Shown: in pieces, positions 48,113 to 60,105 of the stretch
How the letters are laid out: each line of letters starts with the position of its first letter
Numbering within the stretch: the first letter of the stretch is position 1
Source: a bacterium
GTDB lineage: Bacteria > Krumholzibacteriota > Krumholzibacteriia > G020349025
DNA: 64,000 nt
Direction: 5' to 3'
NCBI GenBank assembly: GCA_031362565.1
Contig: JANLSU010000050.1
Span: forward strand, 17,588 to 81,587
Program-made: the position numbers and the translations under genes
Notes under the pieces: model-generated
The model's database searches: none
Told to the model about the DNA's origin: nothing
What the model saw: only the letters and a program-made list of their open reading frames with translations

Positions 48113-48394
48113 TCGCATTTCTAGGCGATTTTTTTCAGATTACCGCGTGCCGCTGTCCGGACACCCCACCTCGGGCTCCCCATGAAGGCCAGTTCGGGCG
48201 CCGCGCTCCGCAGGGGCGAGTGGCGCATGTCCTGCATCTCTCTTCTCGTTGCGCTCCGCGCTTCGCTCGCTCGGAACACCGCCGAGCCGGCCGGGGAACT
48301 CCGCCAAGGGTTCCGACGCGGTGCGACGGGCGGGGTTGCGGCGCAGGGTTGCGCCGGACCTTGGTGCGTGGAGCTTCCAGGCAAGGAGAGTTCG

Positions 48395-49021
48395 ATGAAG
48401 ACGAATCGGCTAGTGACGCTTGCTTTCGCGACCCTGGTGACCGGAGCCTCGGCAGCTCACGCGGTTTCCAATGGCTCGATCGCCGTGTACTTGGATGCGG
48501 CCGGTACCCAATGCCAGGGACCGATCTCCGGTACCGTCATCGGTTCGGTCTGGATGAACCTGGGTGGCGCGACGTCATCGGGCATCACCGGTACCGAATT
48601 CCGGATCGATAATTCCAATTCGAACGCCTACAGCGTCAGCTTCTCCGCTGATCCTGGCGTCACGATCTCGCTTGGCAACGCGTTCCTCGGCGGTTGCAAT
48701 CTGGCGTTCGCCGCCTGTCAGACGGGTACCTCGGGACGCGTCAAGTTGGGCAGCCTCTTCATCATCGAGCTGGCGTCGAGCCAGGACGTGCTCTTGACGG
48801 TGCGGCCGCATTTCACGCCGTCGAATCCGAGCCCCGAACTGGCGTGCGCACTCGCCAACGGCTGTGATGTGCCGTTCTACACGCAGATCTGCGTCAGCGC
48901 GGTGGACAGCGACCACTGGCGCGCGGTCATCAATCCGACCGGCGCGATCGCCGGCGATTGCCAGCCGGTGGCCGTGGCGCCGGCGAGCTGGACCGCCGTG
49001 AAGGCGTTGTATCAGAACTGA
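48395..49021 (+). CDS. Exported Cys-rich hypothetical protein with C-terminal SW-x2-VK-x-LY motif
   Basis: Signal peptide (AHA), AAGGAG RBS; paralog of 47248..47961. Confidence 0.8.
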   Translation: MKTNRLVTLAFATLVTGASAAHAVSNGSIAVYLDAAGTQCQGPISGTVIGSVWMNLGGATSSGITGTEFRIDNSNSNAYSVSFSADPGVTISLGNAFLGGCNLAFAACQTGTSGRVKLGSLFIIELASSQDVLLTVRPHFTPSNPSPELACALANGCDVPFYTQICVSAVDSDHWRAVINPTGAIAGDCQPVAVAPASWTAVKALYQN

Positions 49022-50000
49022 CGACTCTCGCCGCCGCACGCGGCGGCGCCGGTTCGACCAAGCGGGGCCCGTCCATGCGGACGGGCCCCGCGCCGCTTTC
49101 GAGCCCGCCGGGCGGCGCCAGATGGCGTTCGTGCAGCAGCGCGAGAAAGCGGCGTGCGTGCGCCGAGAGTGTCCGCCCACGCCGCACCACGATGCCGAGG
49201 CGGCGCGCAAAACGCGCGTCGGGCACCGTCAACTGGCGCAGACGTCCGGCAGCCACATCGTCGCGCACCAATGCTTCCGGGATGATGGTGATCCCGATGC
49301 CGGCTTCCGCCAGGCGCTTCATGGCCTCCGGCGATGCGGCTTCCATGGCGACGTGGGGTGCGAGGCCATGGGCTTCGAAGACCGCGTCGAGCATCGCACG
49401 CGTCGTGGAGCCGCGCGCGTAGAGCACCAGCGGATGTGCACTCACGTCGCGCAGCGCACACGCCGCGCCGGACGCGAGCGGATGTGTCGGTGCCGCGACA
49501 CACACCAATTCCTCTTCGAAAATAGCCTCGATGTCGAGCTCGGGATGCGACGCCGGCAGTGCGACGACACCGATGTCGGCTTCGCGTGCACGCACCAGCG
49601 CCAACACGTGCCGCGAATCGACGACCTGTACGAACAGCTGCACCTGCGGGTGCGCGGTGCGATACTCGAGATACAGCGCCGGCAGGACGTAGATGCTCGC
49701 GGCATCGATGGTCGCGAGCCGCAGCCTGCCCCGGTCGGCAGTTGCTGCTTCCTGCACCTGGTCGACGAGTTCGGCGGCGGCGCGCAGCAAGAGCGGCGCT
49801 TCGGCGGCCAAGACGCGGCCGGCATCCGTCAGCTCGAGGCGCCGGCCAACCTGCTCGAAAACCTGCGCTCCCACGGCGCGCTCCAGCTCCTGCAGGCGCG
49901 CCGACACGGCGGGCTGGGAGCGGTGCAGCGCCACCGCCGCACGCCGGACCCCGCCCTGTTCGAGAACGGCGAGAAAGGTTCGGAAGAGCTCGAGATTCAT
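48930..50000 (-). CDS. LysR-family transcriptional regulator
   Basis: MNLELFRTF, AA..L..SQPAVS..L..LE...G..F, LT.AG; substrate-binding domain (G.GITI.P). The ORF has an abnormally long C-terminal tail. Confidence 0.92.
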   Translation of the reverse strand: MNLELFRTFLAVLEQGGVRRAAVALHRSQPAVSARLQELERAVGAQVFEQVGRRLELTDAGRVLAAEAPLLLRAAAELVDQVQEAATADRGRLRLATIDAASIYVLPALYLEYRTAHPQVQLFVQVVDSRHVLALVRAREADIGVVALPASHPELDIEAIFEEELVCVAAPTHPLASGAACALRDVSAHPLVLYARGSTTRAMLDAVFEAHGLAPHVAMEAASPEAMKRLAEAGIGITIIPEALVRDDVAAGRLRQLTVPDARFARRLGIVVRRGRTLSAHARRFLALLHERHLAPPGGLESGAGPVRMDGPRLVEPAPPRAAARVVSSDTTPSRRSSSPAPRPPAGNRRRSRRSD

Positions 50001-50100
50001 GCGTGGTCCAGTCGCCGCAGGCGGCGTTGCGCCGCCGAGGCAGTGTCGCGCCGCCAAGGTTACCCAGGGACCGGTGCGCCCCCCGCCTCTCCCGCCATTT

Positions 50101-50122
50101 GATCATAATAATCGATCATAAT
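50101..50122. promoter_or_regulatory. Putative LysR box (ATC-N9-GAT) in the lysR/ino1 divergent region
   Basis: ATC-ataataatc-GAT at 50102-50116 fits T-N11-A; GATCATAAT is repeated twice in an AT-rich patch. Confidence 0.55.
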
Positions 50123-50234
50123 GAGAAATAAAATCAACTCGACCGATCGAACGCCTTGGCGTAGGCTCCGCGTCCGGATCGAGGGCGAGGGCGATTCAGC
50201 CCTTCCCCCAAAGGAGTCTCCCAGGAGGATCGCA

Positions 50235-51563
<1,329 letters not shown>

Positions 51564-51566
51564 GCG

Positions 51567-54098
51567 TCAGCGGACGATGAGCAGGGAATTGCGGCCGCCG
51601 AAACCGTCGGGCTCGAAGTCGTGCGAGGCGGGATCGGGCCGCAGATGGCCGTCGACCAGCAGCTTGTAGGCGTAGCGTCCGGGCGAGAGGCGCAGGTCGC
51701 GCTGCCACGACCCGTCCGGCTGGCGATCGAGCCCGGCCGGCACCCAGGCGTTGAACGAGCCGAGCACCGCGACTTCACTAGCGCTCGAGGCGGCACGGAA
51801 GCGCAACGTCACCAACCGGTCCACCGGGCCGGTCGCGGTGGTGCGCGGCGCGGCCGTTGCGAGACCCGTGTAGCCGTCCAGGAGCCGCGCCAGATCGTTG
51901 GCGACGGTATGCAGCGGCTCTCCCTGCGCGTCGGCCAGTTGGACGCGCAAACCCCAGCCGTTCGGGCCACGGCAGCTGCGTGCGACGAGCACGTTGCGGC
52001 CGCGCTCGAGCCGCACCGTGCCGCCGGGTTTACCCGCCGCGCCGTTCCATAGATAGCGCACCGCGCCGTCCGTATGCAGCGTCGCCGGTCCCGGTTCGGC
52101 AGCTTCGAACACGGTGATCGCGCAAGCGCACGCATCGCCCGGCGTGTTCGGGTACAAAGCATCAAAATCGAGCCAACCATCGACGTCCAACGCTACGGGT
52201 GGCACGGCCTGCCAGGCGATCTGGGTGCCGCCCAAGCCGTTGAAATGCGATTGCAGCGTGACGCCTTTCTCGGGTGGCAACGTTGCATTCCGGGCCGGGG
52301 CTGCAAACGGCCCGGCCGCAGCCCACTGCACGGGCTTTATTAAATGGGCCCGCAACGTTCCTACCGCGGCCGTGTCGGCGTCGAGCCGTATGGCGATGTC
52401 ATACGGCCCGGGGCTCGCGACGCGCGGCAATGTGAACACCACACGTTGGCGGGCACTCTGGCCCGGGCGGCGCAGCAGGAAACGGAAGGCACGCGACGGA
52501 GATACCGTCCAGTCCGCGGTCCCGAGCACCGACACGCCGCCGGCGATGGGATGCGGCGCGCGGCTCGTCACGACGATGTCGAACGCCTTGGCGTCCGCGG
52601 ACCACAGGGGCCCGTCCGCCGGGATGAGTGTGGCTTGAACCGGAGCGACGATGCGCGCCACGCCGCGGTCCGTCACGGTGACCGCACCCCAGCCTGGAAC
52701 ATCGAGTTGCAGAACGAGTGGAATGCCGAGCCGCCCGCCAGGTGCCGGCGTCGCGCCGGGTACGAATCCGGTTCGCACCACCAACGGTTCGCTCGTGTCG
52801 ATCGACAGGAGCGCCGGCGTCGCGGGCGACGCAATGTCGCGCACCCGCGCTTCACACACGCTCGCGTGCACGGCGCCGACGGAATGCAGCGACCAGATGG
52901 CAGCCACGGATTGGCCAGGCACGAGTTCGACCGGATCCAAGTCCGCGGCGGCGTGCAGGCCGATCGCGCCAAGCGCCGCATCGCTGAATGCGGCGCGCAT
53001 CTCCGCCAGGGCGGTGCGAGCCAAGCTGCGGGCCCGTTCGCCGCTGCGCGGGTCGGACAGGGGTGCCGTCTCGCCCGAGCGCCGGTAGAAGTCGCGGCGT
53101 GAACCGTGGATCGATTCGCGTTGCGGAGCGCTCGACTCGAACGCCGTCACGACGGAATCGAGCCGCGCGCTTCGTTGGCGGAACGTTTCGGGGCTCGCCA
53201 CGAAGGGTGAGGCCAGGATGCGGACGCGCGTTTCCAGTTGCGAACTTACTGCACCGTCTTCGCGCAACGCCCGCACCGCGAGCAAGAGCCGGCGCGCCGG
53301 GTCGTCGGCGGCGAAGAGCTCGATGCGTCCGGCGACCACCGCGGCGGCGATCGTCGCCAACGCCGCGTCACACGCATCGCGGCGTGGCCCGGCAGCGATC
53401 GCGCCCGCCAACTGCGCATCGCGCTCGACGGCCAGATGGAACAACCAAAAACGCTGGGCCGGATCCGCCGCGGGCGCCGTGATTGCAGCCGTCCAGGCCG
53501 CGGCGATCATCGCGTCGACATCGGACCGCGCGGCGCGATTCGGATGGATGCCGGCCGCGAGAATCGCCAGGCTCGCGTCATCGGGCCCCATCTCTTCTTG
53601 CTGATCGGTGAGCGCCGCGGCCAGGGAATCGGCGGCGACGGCGTGCGCCAAGCCCACTTCGGTGGCGCCGAGCCGGGCGGCGATTGCCTCGAGGACGCGA
53701 AGTTGCAACAGGAGCGCGGCGCTATCCTCGATCGACGACTCGAGCAGTGGATCGGCATCCCGATTGGCGCGCAGCCGGAGGCGCTCGACACGCGCCTTGC
53801 CGCGCTCGAGCGCTGCGGCGAGCGCCGCATGCGTGACGCCGCCCTGGAGCACGTCGGCGTAGAGGAGCAAGAGATCACTGGCGGCCGCCGCGCGCAGCGA
53901 CGCGATTGCGGTGCCCGAGGTTGCAAAGACCGACGCGCCGTCGAGACTGCTCGACGGCGGCGGTGGCATCTCGCCATGCGCCGCTGACACAACGGCCAGA
54001 GCGGCGGCGCAGAGCGCCGCCGCGACTAGCCGCGCGATGCGGGTTCGGGGCGCATCAGCATCGAGATGCGTTCGGCGATCTCGTTGATGGGCAGGCAT
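51567..54098 (-). CDS. Large exported protein with C-terminal CBM48/AMPK-beta glycogen-binding domain
   Basis: Hydrophobic signal-like segment near the N-terminus; C-terminal V.V.GSFN.W..DG.W...L.PG.Y.YK..VDG..DP..DGFGG.NS. Start uncertain. Confidence 0.7.
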   Translation of the reverse strand: MPAHQRDRRTHLDADAPRTRIARLVAAALCAAALAVVSAAHGEMPPPPSSSLDGASVFATSGTAIASLRAAAASDLLLLYADVLQGGVTHAALAAALERGKARVERLRLRANRDADPLLESSIEDSAALLLQLRVLEAIAARLGATEVGLAHAVAADSLAAALTDQQEEMGPDDASLAILAAGIHPNRAARSDVDAMIAAAWTAAITAPAADPAQRFWLFHLAVERDAQLAGAIAAGPRRDACDAALATIAAAVVAGRIELFAADDPARRLLLAVRALREDGAVSSQLETRVRILASPFVASPETFRQRSARLDSVVTAFESSAPQRESIHGSRRDFYRRSGETAPLSDPRSGERARSLARTALAEMRAAFSDAALGAIGLHAAADLDPVELVPGQSVAAIWSLHSVGAVHASVCEARVRDIASPATPALLSIDTSEPLVVRTGFVPGATPAPGGRLGIPLVLQLDVPGWGAVTVTDRGVARIVAPVQATLIPADGPLWSADAKAFDIVVTSRAPHPIAGGVSVLGTADWTVSPSRAFRFLLRRPGQSARQRVVFTLPRVASPGPYDIAIRLDADTAAVGTLRAHLIKPVQWAAAGPFAAPARNATLPPEKGVTLQSHFNGLGGTQIAWQAVPPVALDVDGWLDFDALYPNTPGDACACAITVFEAAEPGPATLHTDGAVRYLWNGAAGKPGGTVRLERGRNVLVARSCRGPNGWGLRVQLADAQGEPLHTVANDLARLLDGYTGLATAAPRTTATGPVDRLVTLRFRAASSASEVAVLGSFNAWVPAGLDRQPDGSWQRDLRLSPGRYAYKLLVDGHLRPDPASHDFEPDGFGGRNSLLIVR

Positions 54099-55087
54099 TC
54101 CACGACTCCCCCGCCGTCCCGCGCCTGACCTGGCGCGTCATACAAAAGCGAAGACACCCGGTCTTGCACCACCGTGAGGCCGCCCATGCGCCGCACTGCG
54201 AGCAGTCCCTGAGTCCCGTCGACACCGCCGCCGGACAACAGCACCGCAACGCTGCGCTCGGCGTAGGTCGCCGCCACGGATTCGAATAAACGATCGAAAT
54301 TCGGTGTTTCGGCGCCGTCGGCGGGCGTGACGACGAGAGTCGGAGCACCGCTATGGCTCTCGACGCGCGCTTCACACCCCGAGGGCACGACATACACCGT
54401 ACCGACTTCGAGCCGGCCGGTCGTGGCCCGCACCGTCTGTGCCCCGGTGTGGTGCTCGATCCAATGCACGAGCGCATTGGCGAGCGATTCCGGGACCCGC
54501 TGCGCGAACACCACCGGGCTGACGACGGTTGTTTTCAGCTCGTGCAGCACGCGGCGCATCGCCATCGGGCCGCCGATGCCCCCGCCCACGACGACAATCT
54601 TGCCCGCCGGCTCGACGCCCTGCAGCGCCCGCCGCATGTCGAACACCGAGGCGTCCGGAAAAGCTCCCGACAACGGAAACTGGTTTTCGAGCACTTCGAC
54701 AACCTGCGAGTTGCGCACTTCCGTGACCGCGGCTTCGAGCCGCCCGACGAGCTCGCTCACGGAATCGCATTCGCGTGGAACACACACCGCGGCGCCCCAC
54801 TCGAGCGGCCTGAGCGCTGCGAAACCCGGCTGTTGCGAACGCACGAGCGCGACGACCGGGACGCGCAATCGCGTCGTCGCCGCCTGCACGAGGGCGCGAG
54901 CCCCATCACTCTCGACATCGACCACAACGATATCCGGACGAACGCGCGCCAATTCCTCGGCAATCGAATCGCTGGCCTCGGCGTGCATCCCGCACAGCGT
55001 CAGTTCGGCACCGCGCCACTGTTGCTGCAGTTGGCGTCTGAGCGGTGCATCACCGAGAAGTGCAAAGACCCTCGTGGTCTCCTTCAT
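54026..55087 (-). CDS. CheB-like receiver + methylesterase-fold protein, catalytically degenerate
   Basis: Receiver-like RPDIVVVD; esterase-fold P.FD.LF.SVA, AVLLSG.G.DG.QGL, T.VQD..S...P, LP..EIA. Confidence 0.8.
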   Translation of the reverse strand: MKETTRVFALLGDAPLRRQLQQQWRGAELTLCGMHAEASDSIAEELARVRPDIVVVDVESDGARALVQAATTRLRVPVVALVRSQQPGFAALRPLEWGAAVCVPRECDSVSELVGRLEAAVTEVRNSQVVEVLENQFPLSGAFPDASVFDMRRALQGVEPAGKIVVVGGGIGGPMAMRRVLHELKTTVVSPVVFAQRVPESLANALVHWIEHHTGAQTVRATTGRLEVGTVYVVPSGCEARVESHSGAPTLVVTPADGAETPNFDRLFESVAATYAERSVAVLLSGGGVDGTQGLLAVRRMGGLTVVQDRVSSLLYDAPGQARDGGGVVECLPINEIAERISMLMRPEPASRG

Positions 55088-55500
55088 GGCATCCAGCCTC
55101 CAACGAAGACGTGCTCGCAGCGCCGCGTTTTGCACCTGGCAGGTGCAACAAAGAGCCATTGCCGATGGCCGATCGAGTCCTGGGCGGTCGAGCATGTTTG
55201 GTGCCCCAGTCACGGCCGGCCTGCGGCCGGCCGTACGGTTGCGCCTGCACGCACCCAACGCGGTTCGGGGTGGCGAGTGACGCCGTACCGTCCGCAGGGC
55301 ATCGGCCTGCGTCCCCGCCGTTCCACGCAGTCCCGACGGCGCGGCATGCACGGGGCCGGGCAGCCCTTCGGCGCCGCCGCCCTGTCTTGACACCCCCCGG
55401 GAAGCCCCATATAAACGCGGAGGGCTCCATTACGGGCCGCGGCGGTTTTGCGCCGCCGGATCAAGGCCGGCCGATCTCCCACCCCAAGGTGCCGAAGTCC

Positions 55501-56688
55501 ATGAATACGGCCGTCATCACCGCCGCTCGCCGGACGCCGATCGGGCGCTTTCTAGGCGCGTTCGCTGAGACTCACGTGTCCCAGCTCGGCGCTGCGGCGG
55601 TGCGCGCCGCGTTAGCCGACGCCAAACTGAGCCCCGACGCGGTCGATGAACTCGTCTTCGGGCAGGCGCGCGGTGCAGGGTGCGGTCCAAATCCCGCCCG
55701 CCAGGTGGCGCGGGCTGCCGGGCTCCCCGATCGCATCCCGTCGTTCACCGTCAACAAAGCCTGCGGCTCGGGTTTGAAGGCGCTGGTACTGGGCGCCCAG
55801 GCGATTCGCTTGGGCGAGGCGCGGGCTGTCGTGGTGGGCGGCATGGAGAACATGTCGCGTGTGCCGTATCTGCTCGACCGCGCCCGGTCGGGTTATCGCC
55901 TGGGGCACGGCACGCTCATCGACGCCATGTACCAGGATGGGTTTCAGGATCCGCTCTCCGGACTCTTGATGGGTGAGACGGCGGAAAAATTGGTCGAGCG
56001 CGATGGACTGACGCGCGCTGAACAAGACGCCTATGCCGTGGAAACGCAACATCGCGCCGGACGCGCTTGGGACGCGGGCCGGTTCAACGCCGAAATCGTC
56101 GCCGTCACGGTGCGCGATGCGGCGGGGCGCGAACAGACGGTCGGGCGCGACGAGCACCCACGTCCCGATACGACAGTCGAAAAGCTCGCCAAGCTGGCGC
56201 CGGTTTTTCGCCCCGACGGCACGGTGACGGCGGGCAACTCGTCCGGCATCACCGACGGAGCTGCGGCACTCGTCCTCATGGAGGAAGGCGCGGCACGTGC
56301 CGGCGGGCATCCCATCCTCGGGCGCGTCGGCGCCTCGACGCAGGTCGGAGTCGATCCCACGATCATGGGCATCGGACCGGTGCCGGCGCTCCGGCAACTG
56401 TTCGAGCGCACCGGACTCGGGCCCGGCGACATCGATCTGTTCGAGATCAACGAGGCATTCGCCGCCCAGGTGCTGGCCTGTCTCCGAGAGTTGCCGATCG
56501 ATCGCGAGCGCCTGAACGTCAACGGCGGTGCGATCGCGCTCGGGCATCCCATCGGCGCGAGCGGGGCGCGCATCGTCGTGACATTGCTGCACGAAATGCA
56601 ACAGCGCGGCGCCCGCCGCGGTGTCGCATCGCTGTGTATTTCCGGCGGCCAAGGGATGGCTCTCCTGGTCGAGCGCGATTCCGAATGA
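55501..56688 (+). CDS. Acetyl-CoA C-acyltransferase (thiolase)
   Basis: RTPIG, VNKACGSG, GGMENMS, GTVTAGN.S..TDGA, EINEAF, GAIALGHP.GASG, SLCISGG. Confidence 0.95.
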   Translation: MNTAVITAARRTPIGRFLGAFAETHVSQLGAAAVRAALADAKLSPDAVDELVFGQARGAGCGPNPARQVARAAGLPDRIPSFTVNKACGSGLKALVLGAQAIRLGEARAVVVGGMENMSRVPYLLDRARSGYRLGHGTLIDAMYQDGFQDPLSGLLMGETAEKLVERDGLTRAEQDAYAVETQHRAGRAWDAGRFNAEIVAVTVRDAAGREQTVGRDEHPRPDTTVEKLAKLAPVFRPDGTVTAGNSSGITDGAAALVLMEEGAARAGGHPILGRVGASTQVGVDPTIMGIGPVPALRQLFERTGLGPGDIDLFEINEAFAAQVLACLRELPIDRERLNVNGGAIALGHPIGASGARIVVTLLHEMQQRGARRGVASLCISGGQGMALLVERDSE

Positions 56689-56702
56689 GGGAGCACCCTG
56701 CC

Positions 56703-57479
56703 ATGCAGAACTTGAAACTCGAACGTGACGGCGCCATCGCGACGTTGACCGTCAACCGGCCCGACAAACTGAACGCGCTCAATGCGGCGACGCTGCAGGA
56801 AATGGACGGCGCATTTCGCGACCTGGCGGACGACGACGCCGTACAGATCGTGATCGTCACGGGGGCGGGCGAAAAGGCCTTCGTGGCCGGCGCCGACATC
56901 GGCGAACTCGTCCACCAGACACCGGTTTCGGGCAAGGCAAACGCGCGGCGCGGCCAAACGCTCTTCCGCGGCATCGAATTGTTTCCGAAGCCCGTCATCG
57001 CCGCCGTGAACGGTTTCGCCTTGGGCGGTGGCTGCGAGTTGGCGCTCGCGTGCCATGTGCGGATCGCGTCCGAGAACGCGCTGTTCGGTTTGCCGGAAGT
57101 GGGTCTCGGAATCATCCCGGGATACGGTGGAACCCAGCGTCTGGCGCGCCTTGTCGGCCGGGGCCGGGCCATCGAACTGACCCTGACGGGGGCGCGCATC
57201 GACGCCGCAGAGGCCTATCGCATCGGCCTTGTGAACCGGGTCGTGCCGTTGGCGGGGCTCGCATCCGAAGTGCGCGCGCTCTGCGACGCGATGCTCAAGA
57301 ACGGGCCGGTGGCGGTGCGTGCGGCTCTCGAAGCCATCCAACGCGGCTTGGACATGCCGCTCGATGCGAGCATGGTGCTCGAAGCGAACATCTTCGGCGT
57401 CGTGAGCGCGACCGAGGACATGCGTGAAGGCATGACGGCGTTCCTCGAGAAACGCAAGCCGGCCTTCAAGAATCGTTGA
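56703..57479 (+). CDS. Enoyl-CoA hydratase (crotonase)
   Basis: NRP.KLNALN, AFVAGADI, AVNGFALGGGCELA, GLPEV.LG.IPG.GGTQRL, EG..AFLEKR. Confidence 0.95.
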   Translation: MQNLKLERDGAIATLTVNRPDKLNALNAATLQEMDGAFRDLADDDAVQIVIVTGAGEKAFVAGADIGELVHQTPVSGKANARRGQTLFRGIELFPKPVIAAVNGFALGGGCELALACHVRIASENALFGLPEVGLGIIPGYGGTQRLARLVGRGRAIELTLTGARIDAAEAYRIGLVNRVVPLAGLASEVRALCDAMLKNGPVAVRAALEAIQRGLDMPLDASMVLEANIFGVVSATEDMREGMTAFLEKRKPAFKNR

Positions 57480-57496
57480 CCAACGGAGGAAGTGTC

Positions 57497-58723
<1,227 letters not shown>

Positions 58724-58729
58724 GGCAAT

Positions 58730-59809
58730 ATGGCGAACGCAAAGGGCTACGACATTGCAGTCATCGGCGGCGACGGCGTCGGCCCGGAGGTCGTGCGCGA
58801 AGGCTTGCGCGTTCTGGATGCGGTGAGCCGCATCGAAGGGTTCGCCTACCGGACGCACGAGTTCCCGTTCGGTGCTGAACACTATTTGAAGAGCGGTGAA
58901 ATGCTGCCGCCGGGGGCGCTCGAGGAACTGGCGGACTTCGACGCCATCCTGCTCGGTGCCATCGGTGATCCGCGCATCGAAACCGGGCTGCTGGAACGCG
59001 CCATCATCGCCGGGGTGCGATTCGGACTCGACTTGTTCGTGAACTTGCGGCCCGTGAAGCTCTATCACTCGGACCTGACGCCGCTCAAGAACAAGGGCCC
59101 GGCGGATATCGACATGGTGTTCGTGCGCGAGAACACCGAGGACTTGTACGTCGGCATCCATGGCAACTTCAAGAAGAACACCGCGGATGAAATCGCCCTG
59201 CAGGAAATGGTGATGACCCGCAAGGGCGTCGAACGGGCGGTGCGCTACGCCTACGAATACGCGCGCCGGCGCAACAAACACAAGCGGCTCATGCTGATCG
59301 ACAAAGCCAATGCGCTGCGCGGCCAGGACATTTGGACGCGCGTCTTCGCGGCGGTCGGTAAGGAATACCCGGATATCCGCCAAGAACATGCCTATATCGA
59401 TGCGGCGTGCATGTGGCTGATCAAGAATCCGGAATGGTTCGACGTCGCGGTCGTGCCGAACATGTTCGGCGACATCATTACCGACTTGGGCGCGGCGGTG
59501 CAGGGCGGCCTGGGGATCGCGGCATCCGGCAACATTCATCCCGGCAAGGCCGGCATGTTCGAGCCGATTCACGGCTCGGCGCCGAAACATGCGGGCAAGA
59601 ATGTCATCTGTCCGGTCGCGACCATTGCCGCCGTGCAGATGCTTCTCGAGTACGTGGGGGAGACGGCGGCGGCGGTGCGTATCGAAGCGGCGATTGCGGC
59701 GGCGCTGGGCGGCGGACGCATTCGCGACCTGTCGACATCGAGCGGCATGCCGACGCCGCGGTTCACCGAGATCGTCCTCGAGGAACTCCAGGCGGGGAAT
59801 CGGCGCTAA
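58730..59809 (+). CDS. 3-isopropylmalate / isocitrate / tartrate dehydrogenase family beta-decarboxylating dehydrogenase (LeuB-like)
   Basis: [43 protein letters not shown]. Confidence 0.88.
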   Translation: MANAKGYDIAVIGGDGVGPEVVREGLRVLDAVSRIEGFAYRTHEFPFGAEHYLKSGEMLPPGALEELADFDAILLGAIGDPRIETGLLERAIIAGVRFGLDLFVNLRPVKLYHSDLTPLKNKGPADIDMVFVRENTEDLYVGIHGNFKKNTADEIALQEMVMTRKGVERAVRYAYEYARRRNKHKRLMLIDKANALRGQDIWTRVFAAVGKEYPDIRQEHAYIDAACMWLIKNPEWFDVAVVPNMFGDIITDLGAAVQGGLGIAASGNIHPGKAGMFEPIHGSAPKHAGKNVICPVATIAAVQMLLEYVGETAAAVRIEAAIAAALGGGRIRDLSTSSGMPTPRFTEIVLEELQAGNRR

Positions 59810-59862
59810 CCCACGCGCCGGCCGCGCAAGAGTTGCGTCCCGCGGACCCAAGGTTCCGGGCG

Positions 59863-59892
59863 TTGACCCGTCCGGCCGCGCGATGCTATGCT
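59863..59892 (+). promoter_or_regulatory. Sigma70-type promoter for tRNA-Leu/tig
   Basis: TTGACC-N18-TATGCT with TG extended -10. Confidence 0.6.
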
Positions 59893-59932
59893 GGCGTGCT
59901 CTCAAGTCATTGATTTTTCAGTGACTTCGTAC

Positions 59933-60019
59933 GCGAGAGTGGCGGAATTGGCAGACGCCCTGGATTTAGGATCCAGTGGGGGAAACCTCGTGCGGGTTCG
60001 AGTCCCGCCTCTCGCACCA
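59933..60019 (+). tRNA. tRNA-Leu (TAG)
   Basis: Acceptor GCGAGAG/CTCTCGC, anticodon arm CTGGA-TT-TAG-GA-TCCAG, long variable arm, CCA. Confidence 0.97.
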
Positions 60020-60105
60020 GTGGACGCGCCGTCCGCAAAGGGGGGGCGCGCCGTGCGCAACCGTCCGGGCGGCCGCGCTCGTCTTTGGCCCCGAAAAGGA
60101 TGCTC

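Noticed and set aside
46069..49021. Integrative island at tRNA-Val
   Set aside because: Composition looks slightly different, but I found no integrase and no direct repeat of the tRNA 3' end; high expression could explain the codon usage.
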